This document shows positions 39,750-49,214 of a DNA stretch of 64,000 nucleotides, piece after piece (the stretch's first letter is position 1; each line of letters starts with the position of its first letter). This DNA comes from Candidatus Norongarragalinales archaeon (GTDB taxonomy: Archaea; Micrarchaeota; Micrarchaeia; Norongarragalinales; Norongarragalinaceae). Location: positions 608,001 to 672,000 of the forward strand of contig JAWABJ010000001.1 of the NCBI GenBank assembly GCA_038884755.1, in the 5' to 3' direction. The translations under genes and the position numbers were made by a program. The notes under the pieces were generated by a model that saw only the letters and a program-made list of their open reading frames with translations, searched no databases and had not been told where the DNA came from.

Positions 39750-40250
39750 TTAAAGCCTCTTGAACAGCCCGTATTCTTTCGCCCAACAGCCGAAAACTAG
39801 TCCCGAGTCTACGAACCACAATGCCGGATGCACCACGTCTATCGCCTGCGGGCCGTACTCCGCGCCCACGGCTATAGTGAAAGCTACGCGGAGCAGGTTG
39901 AAGGTGAAAAAGAAGGCGAAGTAGCCGAGCATGCGCAAGTGTGGAATGCGGGTTTTAGTGGCGTAAAGCAGCGCGAAAAACAGGGCCATCATTACCAAGC
40001 CGCTGCAGTCCACGACTATTTCGAAAGCAGCATTTTCCACCACCAAGCTCGCTCCGTCTCTCAGCACGCCGTAGCCGGCGCTTGAAAGGAGGGACTCTTG
40101 CAGTTGGGCTACGAGCAGATTGACTGGCCTGGGCTCGGCAAGCTTGAGGAGTGCGAAAATCAACGAGAAAACGGTGGTGAAATAAAACAAAAAGTGCTTT
40201 TCTTTTTCCGACAGGGAGAAAAAAGGGCGTTTGGTTTTCCGTACGTCCAT
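39750..40250 (-). CDS. archaeosortase/exosortase family protein
   Basis: FEIVVDCSGL (Cys), FNLLRV (Arg), DVVHP (His) in TM context. Confidence 0.85.
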   Translation of the reverse strand: MDVRKTKRPFFSLSEKEKHFLFYFTTVFSLIFALLKLAEPRPVNLLVAQLQESLLSSAGYGVLRDGASLVVENAAFEIVVDCSGLVMMALFFALLYATKTRIPHLRMLGYFAFFFTFNLLRVAFTIAVGAEYGPQAIDVVHPALWFVDSGLVFGCWAKEYGLFKRL

Positions 40251-40253
40251 AAC

Positions 40254-40781
40254 TTACCACGGCACTTTCTTCAACTGCATCTTGTGCGCAAGCCAATTGA
40301 AAAACAAGTGCAGGAAATAAGTCAAGACCAAAAGCCAAAGCACGTCCCACCCGTTCAACAGCTTGAAGACTACGGGTTGGGAGTATGCTATAAAAAGCAG
40401 GGCGACGACCAAAAACAACAACTGGTCGAGGAGAAAGTACTGCGATCCGGGTGCAAGACCCAAACGGCGTTTCACGAAACTGCCGAGCAAGTCTCCAGCC
40501 ATTGCTCCGGCAGAGGCGAAAAAGGCCAGGATAATCTTGTCTTCAACCGAAAACCACGGCATGAAAGGAAAGAGTAATGCCACGATCGCGCCGGCCAGCG
40601 TTCCCGCGACTATCCCGGAAACAAGACCGCGAACGGTTTTGGAATCGCCGAAAACGCGTTTTCCGTCGAAAAACTTCATTCCAAAATCAACTGTCGCACC
40701 GCCGCCGAAAACCACTGGCGCGCCGTTGGAAATGAAGGCTGGAAAGACCAAAAGCAAAAGTTCCACGAAATCCACGTTCAA
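40254..40781 (-). CDS. carS: CDP-archaeol synthase
   Basis: PAFISNGAPV, D.G..FFDGKRVFGDSKTVRG, GDLLGSFVKRRLG, LDQ, KKVPW. Confidence 0.93.
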   Translation of the reverse strand: MNVDFVELLLLVFPAFISNGAPVVFGGGATVDFGMKFFDGKRVFGDSKTVRGLVSGIVAGTLAGAIVALLFPFMPWFSVEDKIILAFFASAGAMAGDLLGSFVKRRLGLAPGSQYFLLDQLLFLVVALLFIAYSQPVVFKLLNGWDVLWLLVLTYFLHLFFNWLAHKMQLKKVPW

Positions 40782-40848
40782 AACCCCACGCGGGTGAAAG
40801 AATTTGTTTTAAGCAATGCTTTTAACCGTTCGTTTGAAAAAAATATTA

Positions 40849-41004
40849 ATGACAGTCCAAGGTGACGACATAGTAAAATCGTGCAGGAACTGCTGGAACC
40901 AGCATTCTTTCGGCATCAGGCTTTCCGAAAGCAGGGGAATTCTGCACTGCCCCATCTGCCACCAAAAGTACGTGGTGGAAAAAGGGTTTTTGAAGACGGT
41001 TTGA
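40849..41004 (+). CDS. small zinc-ribbon protein
   Basis: CRNC-x18-CPIC..KGFLK. Confidence 0.7.
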   Translation: MTVQGDDIVKSCRNCWNQHSFGIRLSESRGILHCPICHQKYVVEKGFLKTV

Positions 41005-41017
41005 AAGGGATTGCAAA

Positions 41018-41551
41018 ATGGGTTGGCTCGTTTCCAAAAAAGACTTCGAGGTCGAAGACGAGCGCAAGCTCGAGCCGCTTTTCAAGGAAGCGGTGGAATA
41101 CGGCGCCGTTTTGAGCGTGCTGCACTTCGACGCCCACGCCAAGGAATCCAACGCGGTGAAAGACTCTCTGGTGGATTTCCTCTCGCGCCTGACCAAGGAA
41201 GAGGGAGTGTTGTACTGCAAGGGGGAAATCGAGGAAACGGTAGGAAGCGAGCAGGAAGGCTTTTCATCCACCGCCGAAGTCAAGATTCTCACGGACTCTT
41301 TCCCAACGCTCCTCCGCATTTCCATGCGCTACGGGCCGGTGGCGTTGGAAATCCTCGAGCCTCGGGAAATCAAGATGAACGTTCCCGAAATGCAGGATCT
41401 ATTGTTGAGCGCAAGCGAAATCTCCAAGCAATACGCGTCTTACGTAGTCGAAAAAATTTGGGGGAAGGAAGAGCTGGAGAAATACCGCGAGCGCGTGATG
41501 AGGCAGTTGGAAGAAGGAAGGAAGCTTCGCGAAAAGGCTGAAAAGGAATAG
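41018..41551 (+). CDS. conserved-looking hypothetical protein
   Basis: FSSTAEVKI..LLRISMRYGPVALEILEP; clean 177-aa ORF. Confidence 0.7.
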   Translation: MGWLVSKKDFEVEDERKLEPLFKEAVEYGAVLSVLHFDAHAKESNAVKDSLVDFLSRLTKEEGVLYCKGEIEETVGSEQEGFSSTAEVKILTDSFPTLLRISMRYGPVALEILEPREIKMNVPEMQDLLLSASEISKQYASYVVEKIWGKEELEKYRERVMRQLEEGRKLREKAEKE

Positions 41552-41562
41552 AATACGTTTTT

Positions 41563-43149
41563 CTATTGCTTGAACAATTCTTCAGCCACGACCCCGTAAG
41601 CCGGACGCGTCACCGCAATGCCCAAAATCACTCCGAGCATGGTTGCAACAGCAAAGCCCGTCACTTCGACTATTCCGCTGGAAAACAGGGGGAACATCGA
41701 AGCTATGGATATCCCCGCGGTGGTGAAAACAATGAAGAAAGCGCGGGAGAGCTTTTCCTTAGCCCCGACTTCGGCCTCGTTTTCCCTTCGCTTTCTCGAA
41801 AACTCGTCGGTAATCACGATTTGGTTGTCCACTCCCGTTCCTATTATCGCGATTACTCCAGCCATCGCGCTGAGGTCGAGCGTGCCGAAAGTGCCGAGTA
41901 TCGCGAGAAGCAAAACCAATTCTATTATGCTTGTCGCGACTATGGGCAGTATGAGTAAAAGCTTGCGGTAGCGTAGGGTGAGAAAGAGAGAAACGGCGAA
42001 TACGGCGAAGAACAACGCAAACATACTGTAAAACAAGAATTGCCTACCCAGCGAGGGGGAAACGTCGTAATAGCTTCCCACTATGGTCGTTACTGGCAGC
42101 CTGCCGCCGGAAAGGATGCTTTTCAACTCCCTCAATTCCACGAGCGCGTTCTGCTGCTGTTCTTCAGGCGTAGCGCCCGAAGACATTCCGGTAATGGAAT
42201 ATTGCGTTATCGCATTTTGGCCCAGCGGTTCCACCTGCAACGTGGGCGCGGAGCGGAGGCCTATCGCCTTCCAAGAAAATACGCTGGAGCCGAACTGGGC
42301 TTCGAAAGACTGCGGAACGAAGTCCGCGTCTGGCTTTACCACTATTTTCTTTTCTGACTCAGGGTTTTCAGAAAACCCGCTTTCCTCCAAAACGCGTTTT
42401 ACTCGCGGGTTCCCTTCCAAAAGCCCTTTCCCTACGACCACGCGCGTCTTGCCCTGCAGCGAAGAGTTGGAAACGTCTTCAGCGAAAACAAGCGTTATGT
42501 CGTCGCCTTGCTTGCGCAAAACGTCTTCAAGCGAATCTTGCGGAATTCCCGCGATCGCGCTCTTGTTCAGCAAAAGAACCGCGTTTTCAGGCCGGTCGAG
42601 AAACATCAAAACCGGAAAACCCCTTTTACCCTTGGCAGCCTGCGCGAAAAACAACTCCCCCTCTCCGGTAATCGCGAAAGTCAAGCCCCACTGCGCGCCT
42701 CCTGCAGTGTTGGTTATTGTCTCGCCCCCGCTTCCGCCAATCGCGTTCGCTATCACGTGCTCGCCGCTTAAAGCCTGCCTTCCGTCGATAATCGCCTCGA
42801 ACTTCCCTTGCTCGCGCAAAATCCGTTCTATGTTTTCGATTACTTTCGAGTCTGCGCGCGGTATTTCCACGATTATTTCCTTATCGCCTAACGGCCTTAC
42901 TATCGCCTGGCTTAACCCAAACGCATTGATGCGCGTTTTGATAGTGTCCACCATCGACTGCATGGTTTCAGAGTCCACGCTCCGCTCTAGGGAAATGGGC
43001 ACGCGCACGCCGCCGACGAATTCTATGCCCATGTGCGCGTCGAACGTCGCGGGGTTAAAGTCTTTCAAAAACAGCAGGCCTAACGCTATTACGAACGCAA
43101 GCAAGACCACTTGAACCCTGCGCCTTTGCAAAAGCTCTTTCCAACCCAT
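41563..43149 (-). CDS. secD: protein-export membrane protein SecD
   Basis: MGIEFVGG, RINAFGL, L.SGGRLP, SPSLG, GTGVDNQIVITDE, TRPAY. Confidence 0.92.
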   Translation of the reverse strand: MGWKELLQRRRVQVVLLAFVIALGLLFLKDFNPATFDAHMGIEFVGGVRVPISLERSVDSETMQSMVDTIKTRINAFGLSQAIVRPLGDKEIIVEIPRADSKVIENIERILREQGKFEAIIDGRQALSGEHVIANAIGGSGGETITNTAGGAQWGLTFAITGEGELFFAQAAKGKRGFPVLMFLDRPENAVLLLNKSAIAGIPQDSLEDVLRKQGDDITLVFAEDVSNSSLQGKTRVVVGKGLLEGNPRVKRVLEESGFSENPESEKKIVVKPDADFVPQSFEAQFGSSVFSWKAIGLRSAPTLQVEPLGQNAITQYSITGMSSGATPEEQQQNALVELRELKSILSGGRLPVTTIVGSYYDVSPSLGRQFLFYSMFALFFAVFAVSLFLTLRYRKLLLILPIVATSIIELVLLLAILGTFGTLDLSAMAGVIAIIGTGVDNQIVITDEFSRKRRENEAEVGAKEKLSRAFFIVFTTAGISIASMFPLFSSGIVEVTGFAVATMLGVILGIAVTRPAYGVVAEELFKQ

Positions 43150-43151
43150 TT

Positions 43152-44249
43152 TTACACGCTCTTTTCCTTGCGCTCGACGCTCCACAATATCAAAGGCGCG
43201 TTGCCCATCCAAGTCGCGATGGAGTCGACCAGCGCACCTATCACGGCGACTGCGCCGACCTGGTAGTAGAACGGAATTTGCAGCAACAGCGACAAAGCAA
43301 GCAGGGTCCCGAACGCGATGAGCACGGACGCGTTCATAGTCAAGCCGGTTTTCATCGCGTCAAAAGCCCTTTGCGCAGCCGTCCCTTCCTTGCGTTTTAC
43401 CACGCGCGCGGTAAGCATCACATCCGTGTCAAGCGAAAATCCGATTAGCATGAGCAAGGCAGCGACGCTCGCGAGAGTCAAAGGAATTCCCACTAAACCC
43501 ATTACCCCGGCGGTTATGACTATGTCTGCAACCGCCCCGAAAATCACCGCGAAACTGGACGCCCACGCGCGGAATATTAGGAAGATTATGACTGCCGAGA
43601 GAATGAAAGAATACAAAACGACTTCGCGGGTTTTAGTGACGAAAAACTTGCTTAGCGAAGAGCCGACTTCCTTGAACGAAGCGTTTTCGACGGAAACCAC
43701 GCTTGCCAGGGCTTGCGAAACTTCGTGCCTGTAAGAGCTTCGCGCGTTCAAAAACGCCTGTTGCGCCTGCTCTACCGCTTTTCGCGCATCAGGCTCGCCC
43801 AACTGCCTTTCGGAAAACAGCGAGTTCAACTCCCGGGCTTTTGCTAAAACCTGCCGCCCTTTTTCCGCAGCAAGAGGTGAATTCGCTATTTCCAATTGCA
43901 CGAGCTCGTTGTTCAAGGAATTCATTTCCGACAAGAGCGTTTCGCCTTTCGCTAGGTTCTCGTCGGAAGGAATTTCTATTTCCACCCCGCTTCCGGCGGG
44001 CGAGGAGAAACTGCGTATGCTTGCAGAGCCGAATTGCGCCAAAGCACCCTGAATTTCAACTATTTTTTTTGGCGAAACCTCGCCGTCAGTAAAAACGGTT
44101 ATGAGCAACCCTCCTCTCAAGTCAATGCCTTGCGGTATTTGCGGAATGTAGAACAAAGCCGCAACGATTAGCACTAAGGGGAACACGAAATACAATTTGT
44201 AGTGCTTGTTTTCGTAAGGGTTGGAAATATGCATTTTGAGTAAGCCCAC
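43152..44249 (-). CDS. secF: protein-export membrane protein SecF
   Basis: GIDLRGG, VGSSLS, IFR, VAALLMLIGFSLDTDVMLT. Confidence 0.92.
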   Translation of the reverse strand: MGLLKMHISNPYENKHYKLYFVFPLVLIVAALFYIPQIPQGIDLRGGLLITVFTDGEVSPKKIVEIQGALAQFGSASIRSFSSPAGSGVEIEIPSDENLAKGETLLSEMNSLNNELVQLEIANSPLAAEKGRQVLAKARELNSLFSERQLGEPDARKAVEQAQQAFLNARSSYRHEVSQALASVVSVENASFKEVGSSLSKFFVTKTREVVLYSFILSAVIIFLIFRAWASSFAVIFGAVADIVITAGVMGLVGIPLTLASVAALLMLIGFSLDTDVMLTARVVKRKEGTAAQRAFDAMKTGLTMNASVLIAFGTLLALSLLLQIPFYYQVGAVAVIGALVDSIATWMGNAPLILWSVERKEKSV

Positions 44250-44369
44250 CGTTTAGCGCCCTATCAGTGATGATTAAAAGCCGCTTAGAAAAACTAGGCG
44301 CGAGAGGCTTAAAAACTCTTTTGAAAAGCAAAGGGTTTTTCTTGATTGGCATGGAAGATTATTGTTCAA

Positions 44370-44539
44370 GCAGGGGTAGCGAAGCCTGGTCAAGAACCTT
44401 TTTGCTCTCGCAAAAAGCTTCACCAAAAACGCGACAGGTTCAGGGCCTGTTCTCTCAGGAGTTCGAGGGTTCAAATTGAGCAAAGCGCTGGCTTTGCAAC
44501 GTTTCACTCGCTTTGCTCGTGAAACTCCCTCCCCCTGCA
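44370..44539 (+). tRNA. tRNA-Leu(CAG) with two non-canonical introns (D-loop 44393-44427; T-loop 59/60, 44476-44525)
   Basis: Removing both inserts gives a cloverleaf with long variable arm; BHB helices TGGT/ACCA and TTCA/TGAA with 3-nt bulges. Confidence 0.9.
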
Positions 44540-44603
44540 CTTAGACCTGCGGAAAGCATGGAGTATAAAATCAGCCCCGCTACTATATCCTATAGAAGAG
44601 GTA

Positions 44604-45050
44604 ATGGGCTATATGGCAAGCAACACCAAAAAGAGCATGCAGAAGTCCAAGGGATTCTCGGACTTTGAGCGTGAAGCGATGAAAGAGCGCGCCCAAGAGC
44701 TGATGGCGGGCAAGGCCGACGGGGAAAGCGCCATGCTCACGAAGATCGCCGAGATGCCGGAACCGGATCGCACGATGGCCAAGCGGCTCCATGCTATCGT
44801 CAAAGCCAGCGCGCCAGCCCTCTCACCCAAAACCTGGTATGGAATGCCCGCTTACGCCAACAAAGACGGCAAGGTCGTCTGCTTCTTCCAAAGCGCAAAG
44901 AAGTTCAAAACGAGGTATGCTGCACTGGGTTTTAGCGACGCGGCAAATCTTGACGAAGGCGCCATGTGGCCGACCACCTTCGCGCTGAAGAAATTGACTG
45001 CCGCAGAAGAGGCAAAAATCGCCGCGCTCGTGAAGAAAGCAGTAAGCTGA
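44604..45050 (+). CDS. DUF1801 (YdhG-like) domain protein
   Basis: [53 protein letters not shown]. Confidence 0.85.
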   Translation: MGYMASNTKKSMQKSKGFSDFEREAMKERAQELMAGKADGESAMLTKIAEMPEPDRTMAKRLHAIVKASAPALSPKTWYGMPAYANKDGKVVCFFQSAKKFKTRYAALGFSDAANLDEGAMWPTTFALKKLTAAEEAKIAALVKKAVS

Positions 45051-45121
45051 CAAAGTTTACCACGGGGCTCCGTGCAGATGGCTGCAGCGTTGCCCGGCTG
45101 GATCCCTTAAGCGTTCAGAGC

Positions 45122-45574
45122 TCAAATCCAACCAGCCTTTTTGTAGGCTCTAATCCCTTCCTTGAGCAAAACTCCCAAGTCCTCCAGCACCTGCGCGTCA
45201 AGCGAAGAAACGTTGAAGCAAGACTTTCCCTTCAAAAACTTTCTCGTCAACGGACTTTTCGTCTTGCTCAACAGCGCAGGGTGAGAGTATACAGGCATGG
45301 AGTAAAAGCCCACGAAAGTCTTTTGCAGTATTATTCCTGCAACGTAGGTCTTCTTCGGCTTTCTCACGGGTATAGAAACTTCCTTCCTACCGTAAAGGTG
45401 CAAACCGGGCGTTCCTCCCTTAGCTCGCGAACCTACAATCGTAGGACGAAGCTCCAAACCATTGGAGTTGTCTTTCAAAAGTTTTGCTAGAGACTTGAAA
45501 ACAACATTCAAGTTTTCCAAGTTCTTCCAACCTGTTTGGAGAAAACAAAAAAAGCTAGAGGCTCTTCTTCTCAA
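45122..45574 (-). CDS. DUF1801-like hypothetical protein
   Basis: VGFYSMPVY, LKGKSCFNV, YKKAGWI; start uncertain. Confidence 0.6.
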   Translation of the reverse strand: MRRRASSFFCFLQTGWKNLENLNVVFKSLAKLLKDNSNGLELRPTIVGSRAKGGTPGLHLYGRKEVSIPVRKPKKTYVAGIILQKTFVGFYSMPVYSHPALLSKTKSPLTRKFLKGKSCFNVSSLDAQVLEDLGVLLKEGIRAYKKAGWI

Positions 45575-45986
45575 CTTTAGACTCGAATTGCTCGTCGTTC
45601 AATTGCCCGTTCACCCAAGCTTCGACGTCAGCGTTCGCCACAGTCCACATTGTCGTAGCGTTCCCACCGGAATATTGCACTGCGATTATTTTCTGCGAGC
45701 CTTGAGAGCTTGCAGAAGCAGCGCCTATCACGAACTTTTGCATGACGCCGGAATCAAAGCCTTCAGGCAATTCATACGCAACATACGCTTGCGCTTCGCT
45801 CACGTCGACAAAAGGCTCCTGAATACCGCCCCCCAACAACGTCGCATATAATTCAGTATTCCGAAGAGCCTGCTCTTCTTCAGGGTCGCTGTATTCGGCA
45901 ACACCCTGCTGTGCGAAGAGGAGAAAATAAGCGGCGCCCGCGAGAGCGAGAACGACGACGATTGCGATTATTGCAAGCTTATTCAT
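45555..45986 (-). CDS. membrane-anchored hypothetical protein
   Basis: N-terminal TM, acidic soluble domain. Confidence 0.7.
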   Translation of the reverse strand: MNKLAIIAIVVVLALAGAAYFLLFAQQGVAEYSDPEEEQALRNTELYATLLGGGIQEPFVDVSEAQAYVAYELPEGFDSGVMQKFVIGAASASSQGSQKIIAVQYSGGNATTMWTVANADVEAWVNGQLNDEQFESKVEKKSL

Positions 45987-45989
45987 TTT

Positions 45990-46772
45990 TTATCTCCTGT
46001 TTCCCCATCGGTTTCTTGAATCCAGAGGGCCCAAGTCTATGGTGCGCGTGTTCATCAAATGCCGGGCGGTGTTCGAATGAGCGCCTATCCCCATCATGTA
46101 AGCGAATTGCGCGGGCCCGTGAAGGTTGGGATTGAGCAGCGCAATGTCGGCAGGCCCTATCAAGCCCGGATTCAAACGCAGAATGTCGTTCGGGCCGATC
46201 AAGCCGGGGTTTATCTTGAAAATGTTCCACGGGCCTACGGCGTTAGGGCTTCTGCTGACAGTGTCGTAAATCAAGCCCGGGCTGCGAGCGAGATAACCGG
46301 GCGGTCGCGCGAAGTAAATGCCGAAATTACGGGCATCGTTCGAGTAAAACTCGTGGCGCGGAGAAGTATACCAAGTTCGTGCGGGACACGAAGCTTGCGC
46401 GCGGATTGCAGCTTGGATTGCAGCGTGTTTTGAAGCGTCAATCGCGTATATCGTAATCGCATTCTTGGACAAAAGGCATTTCAAATGTGAAGCCTTGTCT
46501 TCAGCGTTCGATAGCGAGCGCATTGCGTTATCCGTAGTCGTGATAGTGAAATCCGGTTCCCCCCCGCTGGCGCGCGAAAACTCGGCGCCATTCCAAGAGT
46601 AGAAGTCGTTTTGGCTTCCCACGCGGATTTGAACCAACGCCTTCGAGCCGAGCAACTGCCTCATTTCGGGAGTGCCGGCCGCTTGGTTGACGAGAGTCTG
46701 CAGTTCTTCCGCGCTCGCGGCGTAAGTAGAGGCGAATAATAATAGTAACGCTATTGCTCCCCACGCCTTCAT
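45990..46772 (-). CDS. secreted protein with SCP2-like N-domain and NPGLIGP repeats
   Basis: Signal peptide; PDFTITT motif; three NP(G/N)L(I/H)GP repeats at 13-aa period. Confidence 0.65.
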   Translation of the reverse strand: MKAWGAIALLLLFASTYAASAEELQTLVNQAAGTPEMRQLLGSKALVQIRVGSQNDFYSWNGAEFSRASGGEPDFTITTTDNAMRSLSNAEDKASHLKCLLSKNAITIYAIDASKHAAIQAAIRAQASCPARTWYTSPRHEFYSNDARNFGIYFARPPGYLARSPGLIYDTVSRSPNAVGPWNIFKINPGLIGPNDILRLNPGLIGPADIALLNPNLHGPAQFAYMMGIGAHSNTARHLMNTRTIDLGPLDSRNRWGNRR

Positions 46773-46846
46773 AGTAAAAACCAACTCAAAGGTTGTTTAA
46801 AAAACGTTGCTTACGCTTTTTTCTCCCTGCAATCGTGTCAAGGAAG

Positions 46847-48145
46847 TCAAGGCGTCAGCCTGTTCCTGTCGCGCGGGAACAAAGCGCACTCGCGAATATT
46901 ACTGCGATTAGCAAGCTTCATGCAAAAACGCTCGGCGCCGATGCTCCAGCCTGCGTGCGGAACCGCGCCGTATCGAAACGCGTTGACATACCACTCGAAA
47001 TCCGCCGGCTTGAGGTTTCGGGCTTTCAACTGCGCTACAAGCGTGTCGGGATCATGTATTCTCTGCGCGCCGCTCGCTATTTCCAATCCTTTGAAAACCA
47101 AATCGTAAGATTTGCATACTTTCGGGTTTTCTTCCAAAGGCATTGCGTAGAACGCGCGGGAAAGCGTGGGCCACCGGATTGTGAAAAACGCGTCAGCTCC
47201 GAGAATCTTCGGAAGCTGGGAATCGGCTTCTTTAGGAATGTCTTGGCCCCAGTCCACTTTGAACCCTTTCTTGTCGAGTTTTTCCAAAACCTCGTCGTAA
47301 GTGAAGCGCGGAACTTCCTTCGGAATTTCGTACTCCGCGTCCAAAAGCTTCAATTGCGCGGCGCAGTTTTTCTTGACGCTCTTCAAAACGTGCAAAAAGA
47401 ATTCTTCCAAGTAATCGAGCGCCTTGAAATCGTCTATGAAAGCGCATTCGATATCCATCTGAGTGCTTTCGTTCAAATGCACGGTCGTATTGTGCTTTTC
47501 AGCTCTGAAAACGGGAACAGTCATGAACACTCGCGTCATTCCGCCCAACACGGCCAGTTGTTTGTAAAGCTGCGGGCTTTGAGCCAGGAAAGCTTTCTTT
47601 TCAAAATATTTAACCTCAAAAACGTCCGTCCCGCCTTCACTCGCGCTTTCCAAAAGCGTCGGGGGGTTTATTTCCTGGAAGCCCAGTTCAATAGCTTTTT
47701 CGCGGAACGCCTTTTGCAATTCCGCGCGGATTTTGAAAGTAGCCTGGGTTTCCAAACGCCTCAAGTCCACGGAACGGTTGTCCAAACGCACGTCAATGTC
47801 TGCAGGAACTTTGCCCGTCAATTCGAACGGGACTTGTTTTACAACTTTCCCCAGGATTTCGATTTTCGAAGGCGAGATTTCGCACCCGAAGGCGGAAACG
47901 CCCGGGTTTTTCTTTACCGTGCCTTCGACGAAAACGCTTGTTTCCTTCACCAGAGTTTCGGCTGCCTTGGCGAGTTCGGGTTGTTCGATTTTTTTTATCG
48001 TCACCTGCGCCAAGCCGCCTTTCTCGCGAAGCACCAGGAACAAGAGTTTTCCCACGTCGCGCTTTTCGTGCACCCAACCCGCAACTCGCACGCGCTTTCC
48101 GTCGAGCTCGGGGGTTATTTGGGACAAGGAGTGAGTCAATTCCAT
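46847..48145 (-). CDS. aspS: archaeal-type aspartyl-tRNA synthetase (probably non-discriminating)
   Basis: GWVHEKRD, RLDNR.VDLR, LAQSPQLYKQ, FRAEKH, SGAQRIH, GAVPHAG, FPRD. Confidence 0.95.
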   Translation of the reverse strand: MELTHSLSQITPELDGKRVRVAGWVHEKRDVGKLLFLVLREKGGLAQVTIKKIEQPELAKAAETLVKETSVFVEGTVKKNPGVSAFGCEISPSKIEILGKVVKQVPFELTGKVPADIDVRLDNRSVDLRRLETQATFKIRAELQKAFREKAIELGFQEINPPTLLESASEGGTDVFEVKYFEKKAFLAQSPQLYKQLAVLGGMTRVFMTVPVFRAEKHNTTVHLNESTQMDIECAFIDDFKALDYLEEFFLHVLKSVKKNCAAQLKLLDAEYEIPKEVPRFTYDEVLEKLDKKGFKVDWGQDIPKEADSQLPKILGADAFFTIRWPTLSRAFYAMPLEENPKVCKSYDLVFKGLEIASGAQRIHDPDTLVAQLKARNLKPADFEWYVNAFRYGAVPHAGWSIGAERFCMKLANRSNIRECALFPRDRNRLTP

Positions 48146-48199
48146 GCGAAATCCACCAAATTACTTATAAGCGAGGTTGTTTTTTAAATTGAGAACGTA

Positions 48200-48331
48200 T
48201 GGGGGATCTGAGATTCGAAGTCCGGAGCTTTTCTTTCTTTTCCAAGGTTTTCTTTCTTTCGCAAAGAAAGAAAAGCTTCTCAGGTCGCCAGCTCCCAAAG
48301 CTGGCAGGATACCAGGCTACCCCAATCCCCC
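48200..48331 (-). tRNA. tRNA-Pro(UGG) with 59-nt intron at 53/54 (48278-48220)
   Basis: GGGGGAT/ATCCCCC acceptor stem, CCAGC-TT TGG GA-GCTGG; T arm CTGAG|TTCGAAT CTCAG split by hairpin insert. Confidence 0.9.
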
Positions 48332-48448
48332 GTGATTACAAAATTGCGGGCTGGAGGGAAATAAAACAAGCGGTTTCGCATACGTATTTATTCGCAAAAC
48401 CTTTTTTCCTTTAAAACGGTTTTTTGGAAAGAGGGGAAAAGACGCGGG

Positions 48449-48781
48449 ATGATAGGCGAATCGAGGCAGCCCAGGATAGTTTCCATAGGCAGGCAGCAGA
48501 AAAGCTTGATGGACTACCGCGAAGCTGGTGAGTACGTGCCCTACCGCAGGCAGACGCCGGCGTTTTACGCCGAGGCGAAACAGCTTTTCACCGACAACGA
48601 AATAATACTGCTCGCAATTTGGCTCGTTGTCTCTCCTTCCGCGGCGTTGGCGTACTTGATTTGGATAAAATACGAGCACTTGAGGCTTTTGGCACTGCTG
48701 CTGTTTGCGGTCGGAATAATCCACGCAGCCTACCAGTGGCAAGGCTTTTACGGGTTCGTTAGGAACCTCGCCGGTTTTTGA
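48449..48781 (+). CDS. hypothetical membrane protein
   Basis: Two C-terminal TMs; lies between tRNA-Pro and tRNA-Arg. Confidence 0.6.
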   Translation: MIGESRQPRIVSIGRQQKSLMDYREAGEYVPYRRQTPAFYAEAKQLFTDNEIILLAIWLVVSPSAALAYLIWIKYEHLRLLALLLFAVGIIHAAYQWQGFYGFVRNLAGF

Positions 48782-48828
48782 AACGCGAGCGTGGGGTTTA
48801 AAGAATTCGCGACACAATTCTTTACGGT

Positions 48829-49159
48829 GGGCCTATAGCTCAGCCTGGACAGAGCAACTGCCTTCTAAGTCAGGCTTTTCTTTTCACAAAAGAAAAGCCC
48901 GACGCGGTAAAAGAAAACTCGGTTTTTCTTTGGCGCGGCGCCAACCGCACCTTTCTTTTCGTGAAAAAGAAAGGGGCAAGGCAGCAGGAGGTCGGGGGTC
49001 CGAAAGGAGGAGAAACCAAGGTTTCTCCTCTCTACGCCTCTTCCTTTCGAGGAAAGAGAAAGGCGCGTTGCGCAAGAAAAAATAGTTTTTCTTTGGCGGC
49101 GCCCTCGCCTTTCTTTTTTCTAAAAAGAAAGGCAAGGCACGGAAATCCCCCTAGGCCCG
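48829..49159 (+). tRNA. tRNA-Arg(UCU) with two long introns (~115 nt, 48868-48982; 141 nt at 59/60, 49005-49145)
   Basis: GGGCCTA/TAGGCCC acceptor stem, D arm GCTC/GAGC, CTGC-CT TCT A|A-GCAG, GGGGG TCCGAA|T CCCCC; BHB core TCCG/CGGA. Confidence 0.85.
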
Positions 49160-49214
49160 CTTTTTTGCTGAAGAAAACGCAAGAGTTTTTATCGTTAGGC
49201 TGGTTAAGTATGCG

